DNA of 26,343 nt from a virus (IMGVR_UViG_3300017655_000020:1-26343); one strand, 5' to 3'; shown: positions 1 to 9,361, counted from the first letter of the stretch. Notes: generated by a model not told the origin, from the letters alone. A program made the numbers and translations.

Positions 1-945
1 CTCGGCAAGGCGTGCGATCAGCGGCCCGGCGCGGTCGCCTACGCCGAGTTGCGCGGCGCGGTACTCCAGAAGCTGCCGGGCCGTCATACCGGCGGTTTCC
101 GCCTGCTCGCGCAAGCCCGCGATGAACCGGTCGCCCTGCGCCGCTGCTTGGGCACTTGACCGTGCCAGCGCGGCCTCGGAGGCGTCCAGACGCTTCACCG
201 CGGCGCCATACTGCTCCGCGGTAATTCGGCCCTGGCTCCAAAGGGAGACCAGCTTGTCGGTCTGGGCTTGGATCGCAGACTGAGAACCAGCGCCGCGCTC
301 GATGGCAGCAAGCGCCGCGTTCACCTCGTTGATGTCCCGCGTCAGTTCCTGGAAGCCGCGATTCTGCCCTGCGAGGACGCCCGGCCCCTGACCACGAGCG
401 CCGCCGGAGGAAGCGGCCGACAGTTCCCGCTCCGCGACGGCCGCTGCTCGGGCTTGTTCGACCTGGCGCTGCAAGGCGGCAGCACGCTCCACGGCTGCCT
501 GACCGATGTCCCGATAGCGTGCTGCCGTCTGCGCCTCAGACTGGGCGGCCTGGGCACCAGCAGCCGTTACCGCGCGCTGGCCGGCACTCAGCCCGCCCAT
601 AGCCGCTTCCGCCTCGCGGATTTTTGCCACCAGCGGCTCGTACACGTCGCGCGGCAGTCCGGCCGCCTGCGCGCGATACTCGGCCACTTCAGAGCGCGAA
701 CGGCCCAGGGTGTTTGCCAGGCGCTCAAGCGACTGCCGGGCGCGCTGCTGCGAGGAGGTCAGCTTCTGCGCGGCCCCCTCCGCCGCGGAGCCGATGCCCT
801 GGAGGCTGCCCGACGCCTTGACGGCGGCAGCGGCGGCGACAGAGGCCATGCCGTTGACCTCACGGCCTACCTCCTGCACGGCGGTCTTGACGCCACTATT
901 GTCCGCGCCGAACTCCAGTGTGGCTTTGCCTACAACGTCTGACAT
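1..945 (-). CDS. Tail tape measure protein, N-terminal 315 aa (truncated by window edge)
   Basis: Not in the ORF track. ATG at 945, 1 nt after the chaperone stop, with an open frame to position 1: MSDVVGKATLEFGADNSGVKTAVQEVGREVNG... It is Ala/Gln/Arg-rich and helical, in the canonical position after the G/GT chaperones. Confidence 0.9.
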   Translation of the reverse strand, partial: MSDVVGKATLEFGADNSGVKTAVQEVGREVNGMASVAAAAAVKASGSLQGIGSAAEGAAQKLTSSQQRARQSLERLANTLGRSRSEVAEYRAQAAGLPRDVYEPLVAKIREAEAAMGGLSAGQRAVTAAGAQAAQSEAQTAARYRDIGQAAVERAAALQRQVEQARAAAVAERELSAASSGGARGQGPGVLAGQNRGFQELTRDINEVNAALAAIERGAGSQSAIQAQTDKLVSLWSQGRITAEQYGAAVKRLDASEAALARSSAQAAAQGDRFIAGLREQAETAGMTARQLLEYRAAQLGVGDRAGPLIARLAE

Positions 946-946
946 G

Positions 947-1264
947 TCAATCCTTGTGCATTTCTTCCAGGGCGGCGCGCTCCATAACGCGCACCGAATC
1001 CCACACCCCAGACCATTCGGCCCGCTTGACGCCCATGAACCTCAGCACCGTCGGCAGCGCGCAGTAGTCCAGGCCCGTGGCACCGCCGACGCCAACGCGC
1101 CACTGCGTGTCCATGGCGCAAAACACGTCGAACGGAAGTGTGTTTTCGGGCAACAGCGCCACCGGCGGCGGCGCTATGTCGTGGAGCGTCAGCCCCAGCC
1201 AGGTGTATTCATCGGCGGGCGGCGGCCGCCAGTACCGCCGCCGAGCCGCCGCGATCAGTTTCCC
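947..1264 (-). CDS. Tail assembly chaperone GT C-terminal part (DUF1799-like), expressed by -1 frameshift from the upstream gene
   Basis: Contains the motif 'PENTLPFDVFCAMDTQWRVGVGGATGLDY...VRVMERAAL'. It has no good start of its own, and the frame opens at the slippery GGGAAAC. Confidence 0.85.
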   Translation of the reverse strand, partial: GKLIAAARRRYWRPPPADEYTWLGLTLHDIAPPPVALLPENTLPFDVFCAMDTQWRVGVGGATGLDYCALPTVLRFMGVKRAEWSGVWDSVRVMERAALEEMHKD

Positions 1265-1593
1265 CGTCGCACCTCGGTGAGTTCGGCCAAGAACTTGTCC
1301 ACGATGGCGGTGACCGCCGGCGCGTGGTAGTTGTTGACCAGCTTTGCCAAAGCATCCACGGAGAACTCCGCGTTCACGCCCTCCCAGCCGTCGACAATGC
1401 CGGCCAGCCATTCGGCGTCGCTCTTTGCCTCCTTGGAGCCAGCGAGCCAGGCGTTGAGCTGCTCGCCGGTCATGTGGCGAAACACCAGGCGCAGCGGCGC
1501 CGGTTCCATGCCGGGCCGCGGAATGTCCACGACGGCAGGGAAAGTTGCCGGCGCGTCCAGGGAGAAAACCTGTTCTTCGATCTTCTTCGACAT
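1255..1593 (-). CDS. Tail assembly chaperone (lambda gpG-like)
   Basis: 112 aa, between tail tube and tape measure, ending in the slippery sequence. Confidence 0.87.
   Translation of the reverse strand: MSKKIEEQVFSLDAPATFPAVVDIPRPGMEPAPLRLVFRHMTGEQLNAWLAGSKEAKSDAEWLAGIVDGWEGVNAEFSVDALAKLVNNYHAPAVTAIVDKFLAELTEVRRGN
1258..1264 (-). other. Programmed -1 ribosomal frameshift heptamer G GGA AAC
   Basis: Minus strand reads CGG GGA AAC TGA (R-G-N-stop). The -1 frame continues GGG AAA CTG ATC GCG (G-K-L-I-A) into the 947 ORF. Confidence 0.88.
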
Positions 1594-1602
1594 GAGGGAT
1601 CC

Positions 1603-2253
1603 TTACGCCGCGTAGCGGGTCGGTGCACCAGTCAGCGACAGGGTGACCTGCAGCGTCATAGCTTCGTTCTTGGTGGTGGTGGGCATCTCGCTGAACGAGA
1701 CATAGGCGCGGAAGTAGATGACCGAGCCGTTGGGCAGTTGGAAGCGGATCGCGCGCGGTTCGCGGTCATCGTTGGCGGCCTTCAGCACCGCGTAGTGCGG
1801 CAGCGTGTCGTCGTCGGCAATCGTGAGGGTGATCGACCGCGCGCTGCGCGTAGTCGGGATCTGTCGCTCGTCGCCGGTGTCTTCCAGGAAGGAGTAGCTG
1901 TAGAACTGCTGCTCGCCGCCCTGGCTCGCCGATTCCATGATCTGCGAGATCTGCGTCCAGTCGGTGATACGACGCACGCTGCCGCCACCAGTGCCCGCGG
2001 GGTAACGCTTGAGGTCCGTGGTATCGATGTCCTCCAGCTCGAGGCTGTCAGTCGTCACGGCATCCGCGCGAGCGATACGGCCATCGAGCGCCGTCCAGCC
2101 GGACACCATTTCCACGATATCGCCATCAGCCGCGCCATGCCCTGCCGCCGTGGCGACCGCCGGCAGGGCATTGGTCACAGCGGTCACGACCGCAGCCGCG
2201 GCATAGGTCTTCGCAACCGAGAAGATTGCGCCGTTCGGAAGTTTCACGCCCAT
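1603..2253 (-). CDS. Major tail (tube) protein
   Basis: 216 aa, MGVKLPNGAIFSVA...; strong AGGAGG RBS; position directly upstream of the chaperones. Confidence 0.88.
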   Translation of the reverse strand: MGVKLPNGAIFSVAKTYAAAAVVTAVTNALPAVATAAGHGAADGDIVEMVSGWTALDGRIARADAVTTDSLELEDIDTTDLKRYPAGTGGGSVRRITDWTQISQIMESASQGGEQQFYSYSFLEDTGDERQIPTTRSARSITLTIADDDTLPHYAVLKAANDDREPRAIRFQLPNGSVIYFRAYVSFSEMPTTTKNEAMTLQVTLSLTGAPTRYAA

Positions 2254-2264
2254 TTGGGCCTCCT

Positions 2265-2292
2265 AAAAAAGTAAAGCCGCCCGGAGGCGGCT
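2265..2292 (-). terminator. Intrinsic terminator-like hairpin upstream of the major tail gene
   Basis: Minus strand AGCCGCC-TCCG-GGCGGCT followed by TTACTTTTTT. Confidence 0.65.
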
Positions 2293-2313
2293 GTGTTGAA
2301 AGCCCAGGGCGGG

Positions 2314-2664
2314 CTAGTCTTTGAACCAGATTGAGAAGGTTTGCTTTCGCGCGTACAGCTTGGTGTCGGGCTCATGATCCGAGACCGCGCCTCCCTCAGT
2401 GGTGGCGCGTAGCGCGGGGCTGAGGCGCAGTGCGTCTTCAGCTTGGCGGATGATTCGGGCCGCGTCCTGGTCCAGCAGCGCCCATACGTCGACCTGCAAC
2501 CGACCGTTGCGCAGGTCCGGAACACCCTCCAAGAAGTTGAGCGGCTTGCCGCCGACCCAGTGATAGGTGATACGCGGCTGACCGGCGCCGTCCGGCGCAA
2601 CGCCGGGATAGACCTCGTCCGAAACCAGCGGGCCGAGGACTGCGCGGATATCGTCTTCAACCAT
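2314..2664 (-). CDS. Tail terminator / tail completion protein (DUF3168-like)
   Basis: Motifs 'VYPGVAP..PRITY' and 'RLQVDVWA'. Likely start ATG 2664 (MVEDD) with a GGAG RBS, overlapping the upstream gene. Confidence 0.82.
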   Translation of the reverse strand: MVEDDIRAVLGPLVSDEVYPGVAPDGAGQPRITYHWVGGKPLNFLEGVPDLRNGRLQVDVWALLDQDAARIIRQAEDALRLSPALRATTEGGAVSDHEPDTKLYARKQTFSIWFKD

Positions 2665-3085
2665 TCGAAAGCTCCACAACGATTTCCGCGATCAGGACTC
2701 GGGAACGGTCTCTTGAGGCGTCTATAGCCTTCTCGTAGAAGTCGAACGCTGGCCGTATGAACGACTTTGGGCCGTGGCGACTGTTTCCGTACTCCATCCA
2801 GTGGCCGTGGGGCGCTTTGGTGTGGTTCCAACTGATTTGGTAGATCTTGAAGTCGTCGGTCGATTGGTCTTCTGAAAAGACGTGGTAAATCGCCGCACGA
2901 AGTTGGCCAGGCTTGATGCCTTGTTTCGCTGGCCCCCTGTACTCCGGGGCAAGCTCCCGCGCCCGATCGTAAAAGACCAAAGCGCCAGCCCGCGCCGCCG
3001 GCCGCACCACACGCTGCTCGACCGCCTCAACGAATCGGGTCAGGCTCGCCACCGGGTCGCCGTCCATCTCGAAAGTGAGTTTCAT
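2657..3085 (-). CDS. HK97 gp10-family neck/tail protein
   Basis: Motifs 'APEY...PGQLRAAI' and 'HWMEYGNS...PKSFIRPAF'; ATGA overlap with the upstream gene. Confidence 0.85.
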   Translation of the reverse strand: MKLTFEMDGDPVASLTRFVEAVEQRVVRPAARAGALVFYDRARELAPEYRGPAKQGIKPGQLRAAIYHVFSEDQSTDDFKIYQISWNHTKAPHGHWMEYGNSRHGPKSFIRPAFDFYEKAIDASRDRSRVLIAEIVVELSNG

Positions 3086-3414
3086 GGCATAGCCCCGGGT
3101 ACGGATTGGCAGACCAAATCGACATATTCGCGACGATCCAGATCGGGTATTACGGCCTTGATGTCGAACACCGCGCCCCCGTACACAACCCGCATCGAGT
3201 CTGAAATGTCGGTGCGGTACCGGATACGCACGCTCGCCTTGAGCAGGGAAACATCGGCGTCAGCCTTGATCGCACCCAGCCCAGTCGGACGGCGAAAGTT
3301 CGCCCACACCGTGTCGTGGTCCACCCACTGCCCGACGACTTGACCGCCCCCAGCGCGAACGCGCTCCTGCCGCTGGATGGTCACGCGGCAATTCAAGCTT
3401 CCTGCTCGCAACAT
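3082..3414 (-). CDS. Head closure / head-tail adaptor (SPP1 gp16-like)
   Basis: Motifs 'MLRAGSLNCRVTIQ', 'VWA', 'IRYRTDI..MRV' and 'FDIKAVIPD'. Confidence 0.87.
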   Translation of the reverse strand: MLRAGSLNCRVTIQRQERVRAGGGQVVGQWVDHDTVWANFRRPTGLGAIKADADVSLLKASVRIRYRTDISDSMRVVYGGAVFDIKAVIPDLDRREYVDLVCQSVPGAMP

Positions 3415-3423
3415 GGCGCCCCC

Positions 3424-3723
3424 CTAGAATTGCTTGCGATACCAGAGCAGGCGCTCAACACCCAGGGCGACGTCATTGGACACCGCGCCGACAACCGCAG
3501 CCTCGCGGTTGCTGTACCAATGACCCACCAGCAGCTTGACTGCCTGCTCCACGTCCTTCGTCAGCGCCATCTCCCCGGCGTTGGCCGGGGCGTCCACGAT
3601 CTTTCGGTCACAATGCTGCTCCACGTGGGCCAGCGCGCTGGCGATGTAGTCCTGGATCAGCGCGTCCTCGGTCGTATCGGACAGATTCAAGCGAAGGTGT
3701 TGCTTCACCAGGCCCAGGTCCAT
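3424..3723 (-). CDS. Head-tail connector (HK97 gp6-like)
   Basis: Motifs 'VKQHLRL...EDALIQDYIASA' and 'AVKLLVGHWYSNRE'; TGATG overlap start. Confidence 0.9.
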   Translation of the reverse strand: MDLGLVKQHLRLNLSDTTEDALIQDYIASALAHVEQHCDRKIVDAPANAGEMALTKDVEQAVKLLVGHWYSNREAAVVGAVSNDVALGVERLLWYRKQF

Positions 3724-4022
3724 CACTGCGCCCCCGCTTCGTCCAGCAGCGCTGCGAGTGCAGCTTTGTCAGCGCCTTCGGGAATGGCGACCTCTTTCTC
3801 GGCGAGGGCCTTTTTCAACTGAGCGACGTTGAGGCCGTGGGAAGGCCGCTTGCCGCCGCCCTCGCCACCGTCCTCGATCTCCGCCACCAACCCTTTGCCG
3901 ATCAGCGAATGGCCGTACTCAGGATCGACTTCGGAAAACGTGTCTCCCGCTCGCACGCGACCGGTACCCGCACCCAGCTTTGCCGTGTCGCCGCGAAAGC
4001 CCCAGATTGCTTTGATCTTCAT
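3723..4022 (-). CDS. Small post-capsid protein with a C-terminal helix-extension-helix (HeH/LEM or Rho-N-like) motif
   Basis: 99 aa, GGAG RBS, C-terminus 'LNVAQLKKALAEKEVAIPEGADKAALAALL'. Confidence 0.65.
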   Translation of the reverse strand: MKIKAIWGFRGDTAKLGAGTGRVRAGDTFSEVDPEYGHSLIGKGLVAEIEDGGEGGGKRPSHGLNVAQLKKALAEKEVAIPEGADKAALAALLDEAGAQ

Positions 4023-4035
4023 GTCTTCTCCCTGA

Positions 4036-4059
4036 GGGGAGAGCCGTAAGACCCTCCCC
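4036..4059 (-). other. Stem-loop downstream of the capsid gene (possible mRNA stabiliser or attenuator)
   Basis: Minus strand GGGGAGGGTC-TTAC-GGCTCTCCCC with G-U pairs and no U-tract. Confidence 0.4.
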
Positions 4060-4069
4060 AGCCGATGGC

Positions 4070-5269
4070 TTACGCCTCGAAGGTGCCCTTCACGAAGGCA
4101 TAGTTGCGACGCACGGCCAGGCCCAGACGCTCTTCAACCAGCAGCGCGCGCTGGTTCTTGATGAAGTCGTCGTTGATCATGCCGACCTTGAACAGGAAGG
4201 ACATGCGGTCGTAGATCGTGGCGCCGCGTTGGAAGTTGCCCACCAGGAACTCGCCGCCGGTGTCGGTTCCGTTTCCTTCGTCCATGCTGTCGGACGTGAT
4301 CACCGGGCGCCCCCACAGGATCGGGGTCACGAAGCCCTGAAGGTTGGCGAACAGATAGCGGTTCTGCGCATCCTTCTGCAGCTCGATGTTCATCCAGTCC
4401 AGCTCGGTCATGACCGTGGCGTCCGCGGCAAGCTTGGCCTGCTTGCGCACCTGGTAGATGGCCCGGCGCACCGTATCGATAGCCGTGTCACCCGCCTTGC
4501 CGAGCGCCGCATTGAAGGCGGTGGCCTGCGTCATGATGCCCGGCAAGTTGTTGCCCGTGCCGTCGCCCTTCAGGATCTGCTCTTCTTCTTCCAGCTTCAG
4601 GTCGTAGCGCAGCAGCTGCTGCAGGTAGCCGAACAACTGGGGCACGTCATCCAGGGCTTCGTCCGACACCGGAATCCAGACCGCCAGCTTCTTGACCAGA
4701 TCCGTCTTGGACTCGAAGGTAACGTTGCTCTGCGGCTTGGTGCCGCCTTCGGCCACCGGACCGGCGCCGCGGGTGTGCAGCAGCTCTTTGTAGTAGGTGA
4801 AGCTCTGACCGGTAACCTGCACCGAGGGAATGAGGTCGCGGATGCGCAGTTCTTGGCGCGGAGCGGCCTGGATGGTGGGGTCGAAGTTCGGCGGCACGAT
4901 GCCGGCGCTGGTGACCTTGGCTTCCTGCATGGCGGCCATGTCGCCCTTGGAAACTTCGATCTCGGCGACGGACTTGCCGTTTTCGCGCAGCGACTTGTAC
5001 TCGCCGTGGTCCTTCACGAAGTCGATGAAGCCCTTTTTCTCGGGCTGGCGGCCGCGCAGTTGCACGCCCTTTTCTTCCATTTCCAGAACCTTGTCGACGA
5101 TCTTTTGCAGTTCGCCCTTTTGGTTCTCGATGGCAGATTTCAGTTCAGCCGTGACGGCTTCACCCTTCTGGATGGATTCCGACGCCTTGTCGTACTTCTG
5201 CTGCAGGCCGGTGAAGCCTTCCTTCAGCTGCTTTTCCAGCGAATCACGCAGTTCTTTCACATCGGTCAT
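4070..5269 (-). CDS. Major capsid protein, HK97 family, with N-terminal delta (scaffold) domain
   Basis: 399 aa; coiled-coil N-terminus; motifs 'VAEGGTKPQS', 'GDGTGNNLPGI', 'LWGRPVI' and 'FIKNQRALLVEERL'. Confidence 0.96.
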   Translation of the reverse strand: MTDVKELRDSLEKQLKEGFTGLQQKYDKASESIQKGEAVTAELKSAIENQKGELQKIVDKVLEMEEKGVQLRGRQPEKKGFIDFVKDHGEYKSLRENGKSVAEIEVSKGDMAAMQEAKVTSAGIVPPNFDPTIQAAPRQELRIRDLIPSVQVTGQSFTYYKELLHTRGAGPVAEGGTKPQSNVTFESKTDLVKKLAVWIPVSDEALDDVPQLFGYLQQLLRYDLKLEEEEQILKGDGTGNNLPGIMTQATAFNAALGKAGDTAIDTVRRAIYQVRKQAKLAADATVMTELDWMNIELQKDAQNRYLFANLQGFVTPILWGRPVITSDSMDEGNGTDTGGEFLVGNFQRGATIYDRMSFLFKVGMINDDFIKNQRALLVEERLGLAVRRNYAFVKGTFEA

Positions 5270-5913
5270 TTCGACGCTCCAAATATGTCTTGAAAGGATT
5301 GAGAGAGAAACTTCAGCTCGTCCACGATCTCCGTGGCCGCCGGCGCGCCGTCGCGGCGGAGGGCGGGGAAGCCGAGGGAGGCGACAGCAGCCGCCTCTTT
5401 TTGGGAAAGGCCCATGCGATCACGCAGGGCGGATTCAAACAGCCGGATATCCGACTTCACGCTAGTGATCTGCGCCTCCGGATTCATGCCGAAGGGCACG
5501 AGGGATGCTTCCCACAGCTCAGCCTCTTTGATCACGCGGACGGTGCGCCCGGAGCGCTCCTCGTAAGCCGCAGTGATCGTGTTGAAACCAATGGACATGG
5601 AATCGAGCGGCCCACCGTCGCGCATCAGCTCGTATGCGTCCTTCGCGTAGCTGACGTTCAGGTTCACCTTGCCCTGCAAGTGCAGCCCGTGCGAATCCTG
5701 CGTGTAGCTCGCGGTGCCAATCAGCTTGCGCAGGTCATGAAAAAGGGCCAGCTTGAGCTGGCCCGATCTGGTGGTCTTTACTTTGACGAAGGCCCCGGGG
5801 AGGATGATGTCGTCTCCGAGGTCCACATTGTTAAAGACGGAGGCATATCCCTCGAAGTTGCCCTTGTCATCCACCGCTTTGACCTCGAACGGGCATTCAA
5901 CTTTGCTGAGCAT
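5266..5913 (-). CDS. Prohead maturation protease, HK97 gp4 family
   Basis: Motifs 'FEGYASVFN.VD', His in 'LFHD', Ser in 'SMSIGF', and 'LWEASLV'. Confidence 0.95.
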   Translation of the reverse strand: MLSKVECPFEVKAVDDKGNFEGYASVFNNVDLGDDIILPGAFVKVKTTRSGQLKLALFHDLRKLIGTASYTQDSHGLHLQGKVNLNVSYAKDAYELMRDGGPLDSMSIGFNTITAAYEERSGRTVRVIKEAELWEASLVPFGMNPEAQITSVKSDIRLFESALRDRMGLSQKEAAAVASLGFPALRRDGAPAATEIVDELKFLSQSFQDIFGASK

Positions 5914-7123
5914 TTGTACTCATCTCCCACCGGGTAACCCGGTCGTATTCATCGCCGACAAGAGGCTCCATGTTCTCTTTGCGCCGGACCTCGTTGACAG
6001 ACATCCAGCCCGAGCCGTTGGAGCCACCCAAAGCCGCCTGGTAATACTGCGCACGCGCCGAGCTATCAGCGCGCAGCAGGCCTTCGACCACGAACTCCAG
6101 GAAGAGGCCCAACTTCGAAAGCAACTTGTCGTTGATCTCGTCTTCGATGGCATCGATGTATGGCTTCAAGCCGAACGTGACGAAGGCGCTTTTCTGCTGC
6201 TCAAGATTCGACCCCATGATCGAGGTCTTGCTTGCGCGGTTGGCCAGCCACAAGGGCACGCCCCAGATGCCCGCCAGCGCCTCTTCCTGGAACTGCTGCG
6301 ACTCGATGAATTGCGAGTCCTTCTGGCTCAGGCCCGCCGGCACAATCTTCGGATTGCCCTGCAAGATCGCCACCTTGCCGATGTCTGCCGCGTCCCCCTG
6401 GCGCACGTCAGGGAATTTGGCCAGCACCTGTTCTTGCTGTTCCTTGGTAAGAAACTGCTCGTAGATGACGTATCCGCCAGTGAACCCGCCCTTGCGCATG
6501 AAACGCGCTGACCAACTCTGCCCGGCCTTCGCCAAGCCCATGGACTCGGCCTGAAACTCCACGGGAGAGAGGCCACAGATTCCGTCCGCGCTGAACAGCT
6601 TGAAATGCAGCATGTTTTCCGGGGCTACCGGGAATCGCTGGCCGTTGAGCGTGACCCAATACAGAAGGTCAAGCGTCTCGGTGTCGATCTCCACCGCGTC
6701 CCAAGGAAGCGGTGTCAACCCGATCCAGTCGCCCTGCCCGTTCCGCTCTATGAGGTTGTAGGAATTTCCCACTAGCCCCATGTTCACGACAGCGGTCTTC
6801 AAGAACGTCAGGCGCGTCATGCGAGGATTGGGCTTGCGCAACAGCCGCAAGACGCGGCGTTCCAGCGCGCTGCCCCCTTTTGCCTTCTGCCCCGTCTGGT
6901 CGACGTACAGCGGCGCGGGCAGGCCACCCACCGACTCGCTGAGAATCTTGATGCACGTCCAGATGATGGGAACAGTCACGGCCTTCTTGGGCGTGATGCG
7001 CTCGCCGGACTGCGTCTGCTTACCGCCGACGGCCATATCCACTTCAACGAAATCACCCGTCTTCGGGTCGTTGTAGCCGAACATGCGCCAGGTGAGCGGG
7101 TTGTACCAACGTGTTTTAGCCAT
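5897..7123 (-). CDS. Portal protein, HK97 family
   Basis: 408 aa; motifs 'LLRKPNPRMT', 'MLHFK...GLSP', 'SQKDSQFIE' and 'GWMSVNEVR'. Confidence 0.95.
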   Translation of the reverse strand: MAKTRWYNPLTWRMFGYNDPKTGDFVEVDMAVGGKQTQSGERITPKKAVTVPIIWTCIKILSESVGGLPAPLYVDQTGQKAKGGSALERRVLRLLRKPNPRMTRLTFLKTAVVNMGLVGNSYNLIERNGQGDWIGLTPLPWDAVEIDTETLDLLYWVTLNGQRFPVAPENMLHFKLFSADGICGLSPVEFQAESMGLAKAGQSWSARFMRKGGFTGGYVIYEQFLTKEQQEQVLAKFPDVRQGDAADIGKVAILQGNPKIVPAGLSQKDSQFIESQQFQEEALAGIWGVPLWLANRASKTSIMGSNLEQQKSAFVTFGLKPYIDAIEDEINDKLLSKLGLFLEFVVEGLLRADSSARAQYYQAALGGSNGSGWMSVNEVRRKENMEPLVGDEYDRVTRWEMSTNAQQS

Positions 7124-9024
7124 TAGCCGATCAACCCAAAAAATCCGTTTGCAAGGTAGTCATCCAGAGAGGTCGATTCCTCGACCACAGCGTTTGCGGC
7201 GCCGATGGCCATCGCCAACGCAACGACGGCATCGATCTTGTTGACCGACCGCAGCTTGGATAACCAGTGATTGCCCCATTTGTCCTCTTCCGCAACCGCG
7301 GACATCATTGCGGACACCAGAACCGGGCTTCTGCGCAAGCGGATGCGCCTTTCCAGCAGAGCTTCTTCCAGCATCCGCACAGACCCGGGCATCCACATGC
7401 CCTCGGGCGGAGCGGTGCCGTTTCGCTCGGCCGCCTTGACGGCGGTTTCCAGCGGCTTGCCCTTCTTCAGACCGCCCTGCGGGTGTTCCGCGAACGGCAC
7501 ACTTAAACCCAGCGCAGCCACATCCTCCTCGAATTTCTTGAAGGCGTAACGGTCGTAGGCGATCAGTTCAATGAGGTAGTCGCGGTCGTACTCCGCGACG
7601 GTCTGCGCGACGTGCCGATAGCTGATCGTCTGACCTTGCGGAGCGTGCAAATGACCCTGCCTGATCCAGACGCTATAGGGAAGCTTGTCGCGCAGCTCGC
7701 GCGCGGCCACGGTATCGCCTGGGGTCCATGCTTCGACCCAGGCATCGTAGGTTGGCTTGCTGACAATCCGCGTTTCCCCATCTACGGTCACTTCCATGTC
7801 AACGGTGCCGGTCTTCACCACCGCCCCCAGCGCCGTGATATCGCGCGACTGCGAAAGATCGAGGCCAACGTAGATACGCTCCCCGTGATGCTCGGCCGGA
7901 TCAAAGTCAGCCAGCGCAGGTTCAACAGTCTCGCGCGTCATCCAGGCTGTTTCGGCGTCAGTCCACACGCAGAAGTGCAGGCGGAGAATGCCGTTAAGCG
8001 CCCCCGGCAACGCCTTTGCCTGCGCTACCACATCGGCAAGGTACTGCTCGGTGATCGTGACCCCCAAAAGCGGGTTTGCCTTGATCCAGCAACTGGGATC
8101 GTTGAGCGGGTCGTCTCCCTTGTCCAGGGAGCAGACATAGCTGAACGTCCGATCATCGAGCGCCCCGCCCACGAAAGTCGGATCGTTGACCGCTTCAGTA
8201 TGGCCGGCGGCCACCTTCACGGCGTGTTCATGCTCTTCCCAGCAGACCGACGTGCGATCACTGCCCGAGTTCGTGATCATGAACAGCAGAGGTGCGCGGC
8301 GGAACTTGAAGCCGCGCTCCAGCATTTCAATGATCTTTCGGTCGGGCAGCTCGTGGACCTCATCGACCAGCACGAAATATGGCCGCGGGCCCGAGCCGGT
8401 CTTGCCAGTGTCACGCGACACGGGGCGGAAGAAACTCCCGCTCGCGTGGTGCGCCATGTTGAATTCGCGCCCCTCTCCGCCCGCGAAGGCAATACGCTTG
8501 GCCAGCGCGGGCGATTGCTTCACCATCTTCACGGCGTCGGCAAACAGAATGCCGGCCTGATCCTTCTTGGCCGCGGCGGAATAGATCTGCGCGCCTGCCT
8601 CGTCGTCGGCGGTCATTCCAAGGAGGCCCAGACCTCCTGCGAGCGGGCTCTTTCCGTTGCCCTTGCCCTGCTCGACGTACGCCCGACGAAAGCGCCGCGT
8701 CCCGTCCTCTTGCTTCCAGCCAAAGAGCGACCCGACGATAAAGGCCTGGGACGGCTGCAGCTCGAACTTGCGGCCGTCAAACTGCCCCTCCGACAGCCGC
8801 AACACGTTTTCAAAGAACCCGAAGGCGTACTCCGCCGCTGCCAGGTCGAAGTACAGCCCGCGCTCGTTCCCCTTCTCCAGATCCAGCAAATGCCGCCGGC
8901 ATGCGTTGCGCACATGTGGACCAGCCACAATTTCACCCGCCACCACCGCGTCCGCGTAGGCGCGTGTGCGGTCAACCGCGCTTGAAGAATTTTTCGTCCG
9001 GGTCGTCTTCTCCGCCATCGTCAT
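7123..9024 (-). CDS. terL: Terminase large subunit
   Basis: Walker A 'GKGNGKS', Walker B 'VLVDEVH', nuclease motifs 'GLDLS' and 'KIDAVVA'. Start is 9024 or 9018. Confidence 0.96.
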   Translation of the reverse strand: MTMAEKTTRTKNSSSAVDRTRAYADAVVAGEIVAGPHVRNACRRHLLDLEKGNERGLYFDLAAAEYAFGFFENVLRLSEGQFDGRKFELQPSQAFIVGSLFGWKQEDGTRRFRRAYVEQGKGNGKSPLAGGLGLLGMTADDEAGAQIYSAAAKKDQAGILFADAVKMVKQSPALAKRIAFAGGEGREFNMAHHASGSFFRPVSRDTGKTGSGPRPYFVLVDEVHELPDRKIIEMLERGFKFRRAPLLFMITNSGSDRTSVCWEEHEHAVKVAAGHTEAVNDPTFVGGALDDRTFSYVCSLDKGDDPLNDPSCWIKANPLLGVTITEQYLADVVAQAKALPGALNGILRLHFCVWTDAETAWMTRETVEPALADFDPAEHHGERIYVGLDLSQSRDITALGAVVKTGTVDMEVTVDGETRIVSKPTYDAWVEAWTPGDTVAARELRDKLPYSVWIRQGHLHAPQGQTISYRHVAQTVAEYDRDYLIELIAYDRYAFKKFEEDVAALGLSVPFAEHPQGGLKKGKPLETAVKAAERNGTAPPEGMWMPGSVRMLEEALLERRIRLRRSPVLVSAMMSAVAEEDKWGNHWLSKLRSVNKIDAVVALAMAIGAANAVVEESTSLDDYLANGFFGLIG

Positions 9025-9361
9025 GCGCTACCTTGGATTCATCAACTGGGGTGGCGCCCAGCTTCGAGAGAATCGAACTCAGGGCTTGCGTAGCCGACAC
9101 GCCGAAGTCAGCGTCGGGGTCATCCATGCGGGCCACCCATATGCACGCCAGACGCAGCAGCACGCGGTGCGACGAGTTCAACCAGGACATTTCGCTGGCG
9201 AACTCTTTCCATGCCTTTTTTTGCGCGGCAGTCATCTGCTTGTAGGGAAGGCCCAGCGGGCGAGTGCCTTTCGGCCTTGTTCGTCCGGCATGCCGCCCAG
9301 GATTTTTCAGGGCGGCGCCAGACGCATCCGCCTTTTGGACGGGAAGTCGGGGACGTGCCAT
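8972..9361 (-). CDS. terS: Terminase small subunit
   Basis: 129 aa, 'MARPRLP...NPGR...LGATP', directly upstream of and overlapping terL. Confidence 0.85.
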   Translation of the reverse strand: MARPRLPVQKADASGAALKNPGRHAGRTRPKGTRPLGLPYKQMTAAQKKAWKEFASEMSWLNSSHRVLLRLACIWVARMDDPDADFGVSATQALSSILSKLGATPVDESKVAHDDGGEDDPDEKFFKRG

